DNA of 64,000 nucleotides, taken from positions 354,804-418,803 of the forward strand of contig OY820932.1 of the NCBI GenBank assembly GCA_963682015.1, given 5' to 3'. The notes under the pieces are model-generated. The model had not been told where the DNA came from. It saw only the letters and a program-made list of their open reading frames with translations, and did not search any database. The position numbers and the translations under genes were made by a program. The DNA is from Smithellaceae bacterium (GTDB lineage Bacteria > Desulfobacterota > Syntrophia > Syntrophales > Smithellaceae). Of this stretch, positions 59,405 through 64,000 are shown in pieces; position 1 is the first letter of the stretch, and each line of letters opens with the position of its first letter.

Positions 59405-61006
59405 ATGTTCAAGTCTTTAAAGATCAGATTTGCTATCACCGTTATCGTGTGCCTTGCTGCCTTGTACTTTTTAATACCAACTTTCATTTCCAATCTTCCA
59501 CCCTCCTGGAATCAATTTCTCCCCACGGAAAAAATTCACCTGGGATTGGATTTACAGGGCGGTATGCACCTGGTACTGGAAATTGACACGGATAAGGCTC
59601 TGGAATCCATGGTAGAAAGGACATCCAACGATTTAAAGGAAGCCATGATGGAAAACAAAGTTCGCTTCCGCAACGTGCAAAAATCCAAAGGTGCTACAAT
59701 TTCCATGGAACTGACCGATTCCGCCGGTAAAGCAACTCTGGAAAAAGTGCTGCGTGATCAATTTCCCGACCTGGAAATAGCCTCAACCAGTACACGTGAA
59801 GGCAATCAGCTCGTCAATTTAAAAATCAAAGATAAAAGAGCCGTGGAGCTGAAAAAGCTGACCGTCGAACATTCGCTGGAAACCATCCGTAATCGAGTGG
59901 ATCAGTTCGGCGTAGCCGAACCGGAAATCGTTCAGGAAGGCGAAAACCGGATCCTGATCCAGTTACCGGGTATCAAAGACCCGGAAAGAGCCAAGAACCT
60001 GATCGGGAAAACAGCCCTTCTGGAATTTAAAATAGTCGACGAGGAAAATTCTCTGGATGAAGCCCTGCGCGGCAATGTGCCGGAGGGATCAATCATCGCA
60101 TATGGCGGACGCGAAGACAAAGCCACCGGACAAAGAGGCCAGGTGCCGTACCTGTTGAAAAACAAGACCCTGCTCACCGGAGCTTCACTGGAAACCGCCA
60201 AGGTGCAAATTTCCGATCGTTTCGGCGACCCGAATGTTTCCCTCAAATTCAACTCCCAGGGAGCGCAGGATTTCGATCGCATTACCAATGAAAACATCCG
60301 CAAGAAACTGGCCATTGTTCTCGACGGCGTAGTCCATTCGGCGCCGGTCATCGAAGAAAGAATCTCCGGCGGACAGGCGGTAATTCGCGGTAATTTCACA
60401 ATGGAGGAAGCCCGCGATCTGGCGATTGTTCTGCGCGCCGGCGCTCTGCCCGCTCCGGTCAATATCCTGGAAGAAAGAACCGTCGGCCCTTCTCTGGGAA
60501 GCGATTCCATCCAGCACGGCATTATTGCGACAATCATCGGATCGCTTCTGGTTATATTTTTTATGGTCATTTATTACCGTCTTTCCGGAGCGGTTGCCGA
60601 CCTGGCACTGATCATCAACATCTTCCTGATTTTGGGCACGCTGGCTGCATTGAGGGCAACCCTGACCCTGCCGGGCATCGCAGGTTTCGTTCTAACGATT
60701 GGCGTCGCGGTTGACGCCAACATCCTTATTTTTGAAAGAATCCGTGAAGAATTGCGAACGGGTAAAGCTATCCGTCTGGCCCTGGATACAGGATATAACC
60801 GGGCATTTCTGACAATCATTGATACACATATTACCGGAATTGTATCCGCCACTTTCCTGATCATTTTCGGTACCGGTCCCATCAAAGGATTTGCAGTCAC
60901 GACAATTATCGGACTTTTGGCCAGTCTTTTTACTGCCATCTTCGTCACGAGGGTAATTTTCGATTACTTTACCTGGAACTATAACATTAAAAAAATGAGC
61001 ATCTAA
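59405..61006 (+). CDS. secD: Protein translocase subunit SecD
   Basis: LGLDLQGG, GV.EP, VGPSLG, AVDANILIFERIREE. Confidence 0.97.
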   Translation: MFKSLKIRFAITVIVCLAALYFLIPTFISNLPPSWNQFLPTEKIHLGLDLQGGMHLVLEIDTDKALESMVERTSNDLKEAMMENKVRFRNVQKSKGATISMELTDSAGKATLEKVLRDQFPDLEIASTSTREGNQLVNLKIKDKRAVELKKLTVEHSLETIRNRVDQFGVAEPEIVQEGENRILIQLPGIKDPERAKNLIGKTALLEFKIVDEENSLDEALRGNVPEGSIIAYGGREDKATGQRGQVPYLLKNKTLLTGASLETAKVQISDRFGDPNVSLKFNSQGAQDFDRITNENIRKKLAIVLDGVVHSAPVIEERISGGQAVIRGNFTMEEARDLAIVLRAGALPAPVNILEERTVGPSLGSDSIQHGIIATIIGSLLVIFFMVIYYRLSGAVADLALIINIFLILGTLAALRATLTLPGIAGFVLTIGVAVDANILIFERIREELRTGKAIRLALDTGYNRAFLTIIDTHITGIVSATFLIIFGTGPIKGFAVTTIIGLLASLFTAIFVTRVIFDYFTWNYNIKKMSI

Positions 61007-61031
61007 TTTTAGTGCAGTCAGGAGATATACT

Positions 61032-61946
61032 ATGAGCATGGAGTTGATAAAACCTGGTATTCACATAGATTTTGTCGGAAAAATGAAGTACGCAATTATT
61101 TTTTCGACCATTTTAGCGATCATCAGTATTGCATCAGTTGTCGTTCATCGTGGTTTAAATCTTGGCATTGACTTCGCGGGCGGTTCTATCATCCAGATCA
61201 AATTTCAGAAGGATGTTTCCGCAGACCAAATCCGCACAGCCCTGAAATCAACAAAACTGGAAAGCAGCATCATTCAACAGTTCGGCGAGAAAGAATTCCT
61301 GATCCGCACGAACGAGTCTTTTTCCGATCAAAAGGCGATTGCCGCCAACGTCGAACAACCCTTGACGGCGACTTTCCACAAGGATTATGAAATCCGGCGG
61401 GTGGAAGTTGTGGGCGCCAAGGTAGGTGCGGATTTTCAGAAAAAAGCAGTCATTGCCGTTATCCTTTCCTGGCTCGCCATGCTGATTTACATCGGTTGGC
61501 GATTTGAATTTCGTTACGGACTGGGAGGTATCATCGCCCTGATTCACGATGTAATCATTATTATCGGCACCGTTTCAATTTTAAACATGGAATTCACGAT
61601 CACTATTCTTGCGGCCATATTCTTCATCATTGGTTTCTCCATTAATGATACCATCGTCGTGCTCGATCGTATCCGTGAAAATGTAAAGTTAAACCCCAAG
61701 CAAAAATTGAGTGATATCATCAACATGAGTGTAAACCAAACATTGAGTAGAACGATCTTGACCTCTTTGACCGTTTTTCTCACTGTGTTGGCGTTGTTCT
61801 TCTTCGGAGGCGCGGTTATTCACGATTTCGCGCTGGCGCTATTGGTCGGGGTTGTGTTCGGTACATATTCTTCCGTATTTATTTCCTGCCCAATCGTGCT
61901 GCTTTTTGAGAATTTGCAACCTTCAAAAATGAAGAGGAAAAAATAA
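61032..61946 (+). CDS. secF: Protein translocase subunit SecF
   Basis: GIDFAGG, HD, SINDTIVVLDRIRE, TLSRT, GTYSS. Confidence 0.97.
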   Translation: MSMELIKPGIHIDFVGKMKYAIIFSTILAIISIASVVVHRGLNLGIDFAGGSIIQIKFQKDVSADQIRTALKSTKLESSIIQQFGEKEFLIRTNESFSDQKAIAANVEQPLTATFHKDYEIRRVEVVGAKVGADFQKKAVIAVILSWLAMLIYIGWRFEFRYGLGGIIALIHDVIIIIGTVSILNMEFTITILAAIFFIIGFSINDTIVVLDRIRENVKLNPKQKLSDIINMSVNQTLSRTILTSLTVFLTVLALFFFGGAVIHDFALALLVGVVFGTYSSVFISCPIVLLFENLQPSKMKRKK

Positions 61947-61947
61947 T

Positions 61948-62460
61948 TTGTCATCCTTTGCCGCGGCGGGGTTTGTTGTTTTCATCCTGATATTGTTTGC
62001 CGGGGTTTATTTAAGCTTATTCGGATTACCCGGAACAATCATCATCTTTCTTGATGTATTGTTCTACGCTCTTTTTACGGGCTTTGCCGAGGTCGGCTGG
62101 AAGCTTATTCTTTTTTTACTGGTTACGGCCATCTTAACTGAGGCCATAGATTTCTGGGCAGGATCAACCCGTATTTACAAAATACCCATAACTAAAAAAA
62201 ACATATGGGGAACGTTATTCGGTGCTGTAGCAGGTATGATCATTTTCACACCGATCTTCCGGGGACCCGGCATCTGGGGAGGTTTTTTTATTGGAGGACT
62301 GGCCGGGTTACTGATGATGGAACGGATCCGGCAGTCTCATTTAAAAAGCCCCAACAGGGCCACCGGCGGGGCTTTCCTGGCCATGATCGGCCGTAAGACC
62401 CTGAAAGGTGCTTTGGCACTGATCATGATTTTTGTTTCTCTTTCCAATATTTATTCCTAG
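61948..62460 (+). CDS. DUF456-like membrane protein
   Basis: GLPG motif and Gly-rich TMs; TTG start directly after secF. Confidence 0.65.
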   Translation: MSSFAAAGFVVFILILFAGVYLSLFGLPGTIIIFLDVLFYALFTGFAEVGWKLILFLLVTAILTEAIDFWAGSTRIYKIPITKKNIWGTLFGAVAGMIIFTPIFRGPGIWGGFFIGGLAGLLMMERIRQSHLKSPNRATGGAFLAMIGRKTLKGALALIMIFVSLSNIYS

Positions 62461-62475
62461 GAGCAGGCCTTCGTT

Positions 62476-63138
62476 ATGAACGAAAACAAAACCGAGGAAG
62501 AAATCAACCGGAAAGAACCGTTGTCGTCAAAAACACATGAATATATCGAAGCAATTATCATTGCCATTTTAATCGCCGTAGTGGTACGAACCTTCGCCAT
62601 TCAGGCTTATAAAATTCCGTCTCAGTCAATGGTGCCTTCCCTGCTTGTTGGCGATCATCTGCTGGTAAACAAATTCATTTACGGCGTTAAGATTCCCCTG
62701 ATCAGAAAAATGCTGATTCCGGTCAGCGAGCCCGGGCGGGGAGACATCATTGTTTTTGAATATCCCGAAGACCGGTCTAAAGATTTTATCAAGCGTGTCA
62801 TCGGAATCGGCGGGGACAAGATCGAAATTAAGAATAAGGAAATTTTCATTAATGATAGACCCTACAAGGATGTTTTCGGCGTTTATACCGATCCGGTTAT
62901 TTACCCGGCGATTGTGCAGAAACGCGATAATTTCGGTCCCGTCACTGTTCCAAAAGGGTCCTTGTTTGTGATGGGCGACAACCGCGACTACAGCCTGGAC
63001 AGCCGTTTCTGGGGTTTTGTCGAGTTAAGGGATGTGGAAGGAAAAGCGCTCATTATTTACTGGTCATGGAACAGCGAACCGCAGGACAATCCTCTCAAGA
63101 AAATCCGCTGGGAGCGTATGGGCAAACTGCTGCGTTAA
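62476..63138 (+). CDS. lepB: Signal peptidase I
   Basis: IPSQSM (catalytic Ser), FIKRV (catalytic Lys), GDNR..S.DSR.WG. Confidence 0.95.
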   Translation: MNENKTEEEINRKEPLSSKTHEYIEAIIIAILIAVVVRTFAIQAYKIPSQSMVPSLLVGDHLLVNKFIYGVKIPLIRKMLIPVSEPGRGDIIVFEYPEDRSKDFIKRVIGIGGDKIEIKNKEIFINDRPYKDVFGVYTDPVIYPAIVQKRDNFGPVTVPKGSLFVMGDNRDYSLDSRFWGFVELRDVEGKALIIYWSWNSEPQDNPLKKIRWERMGKLLR

Positions 63139-63149
63139 GAGCGATTCTT

Positions 63150-64000
63150 TTACAGGATAGCGGATATGACCATCGCCGCGGAAAGTCCGATCAGAATGAT
63201 CACCGTGGCCCAGGAAACGATATTCATCAATTTGCCGTTGACGAACTCTCCCATAACACGTTTGTCGTTAATCAAAAGTAACATAAAGATAAGCACAAAC
63301 GGCAGCAGGATCCCGTTGATCACCTGCGAGTAATACATAATGGCGATCAGCGGAACGTTTGGCAGCAGAATAATGCCTGCCGCCAGAATAATCATTACTG
63401 AATAGAGACCATAAAACTGCGGCGCTTCGACAAATTTTGAATTCAGACTGGATTCCCAGCCAAAAGCCTCACAAATCGTGTAAGCGGTGGAAAGAGGCAG
63501 AATGGACGCGGCAAAAAGAGATGCGTTGAGAAGGCCAAAAGCAAACAACCAGGAACAGTATACACCGGCGAGAGGCGCCAGCGCCTGCGCCGCATCTTTT
63601 GCCGTTTCAATCTTGAGGCCATTCTGAAACAGGGTCACGGCGCAAAGCATGATGATAAAAAAAGCCACCACGTTGACTGTTATGGATCCGAAAATGACAT
63701 CCATCCGGGCATACTTGTAGCTCTCCGCCTTTAAGCCTTTATCCACAATGGAGGACTGCAGGTAAAACTGCATCCAGGGAGCAATCGTGGTGCCGATAAT
63801 ACCAATCGCCATCGTCAGCATTCCGGTATCAAACTTCAGTGTCGGGGTATATGTGGCGGTCCCGATTTGCGACCAATCAGGCTTTACCATGAATCCGGAA
63901 ATGATGTAGGAAAGATAAAAGACACAGGCCACAAGAAAGGCTTTCTCCACCGATTTATAACTCCCTTTTACCACCAGCCACCAGACAAAAAAGGCGCCTG
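63150..64000 (-). CDS. NRAMP-family divalent metal transporter (partial, 5' end beyond window)
   Basis: GTTIAPWMQFYLQS, SQVING.LLP; reading frame is open to the right edge. Confidence 0.85.
   Translation of the reverse strand, partial: GAFFVWWLVVKGSYKSVEKAFLVACVFYLSYIISGFMVKPDWSQIGTATYTPTLKFDTGMLTMAIGIIGTTIAPWMQFYLQSSIVDKGLKAESYKYARMDVIFGSITVNVVAFFIIMLCAVTLFQNGLKIETAKDAAQALAPLAGVYCSWLFAFGLLNASLFAASILPLSTAYTICEAFGWESSLNSKFVEAPQFYGLYSVMIILAAGIILLPNVPLIAIMYYSQVINGILLPFVLIFMLLLINDKRVMGEFVNGKLMNIVSWATVIILIGLSAAMVISAIL

Overview
A 64-kb chromosomal window from an anaerobic deltaproteobacterium. The FadN/thiolase pair, pilin type and gene style suggest Syntrophales (Smithella/Syntrophus-like); this is inference. 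Contents in order: (1) an oxidative-stress cluster (katG end, rubrerythrin, desulfoferrodoxin, reverse rubrerythrin-like); (2) accessory genes (ALDH, SppA, ABC-2 exporter, S1/P1 nuclease, an EF-hand protein divergent from a CpxRA-like two-component system, OM beta-barrels, a large dehydratase activase, an atypical NCS2 permease); (3) tRNA-fMet, polyamine genes (pdaD-speB) and LPS genes (lpxH, kdsD); (4) a methyltransferase/GT2/GT-C module beside tRNA-Val; (5) beta-oxidation genes; (6) an AT-rich type IV pilin locus; (7) queD-folE2-nadE, small envelope genes, a hydantoinase-HDAC-CMD operon with two more GT-C genes, and mazG-queA-tgt-yajC-secDF-lepB. The most notable feature is the pilin locus. 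Two tandem Thr-rich pilins under a sigma-54 promoter are followed by four TPR-bearing membrane proteins carrying the motifs of eukaryotic TMTC O-mannosyltransferases, plus a fifth GT-C. Two of these paralogs are a mosaic of identical and diverged DNA blocks. Eight GT-C-like genes lie within about 29 kb. The functional interpretation is inference from motifs and gene context; no database search was run.
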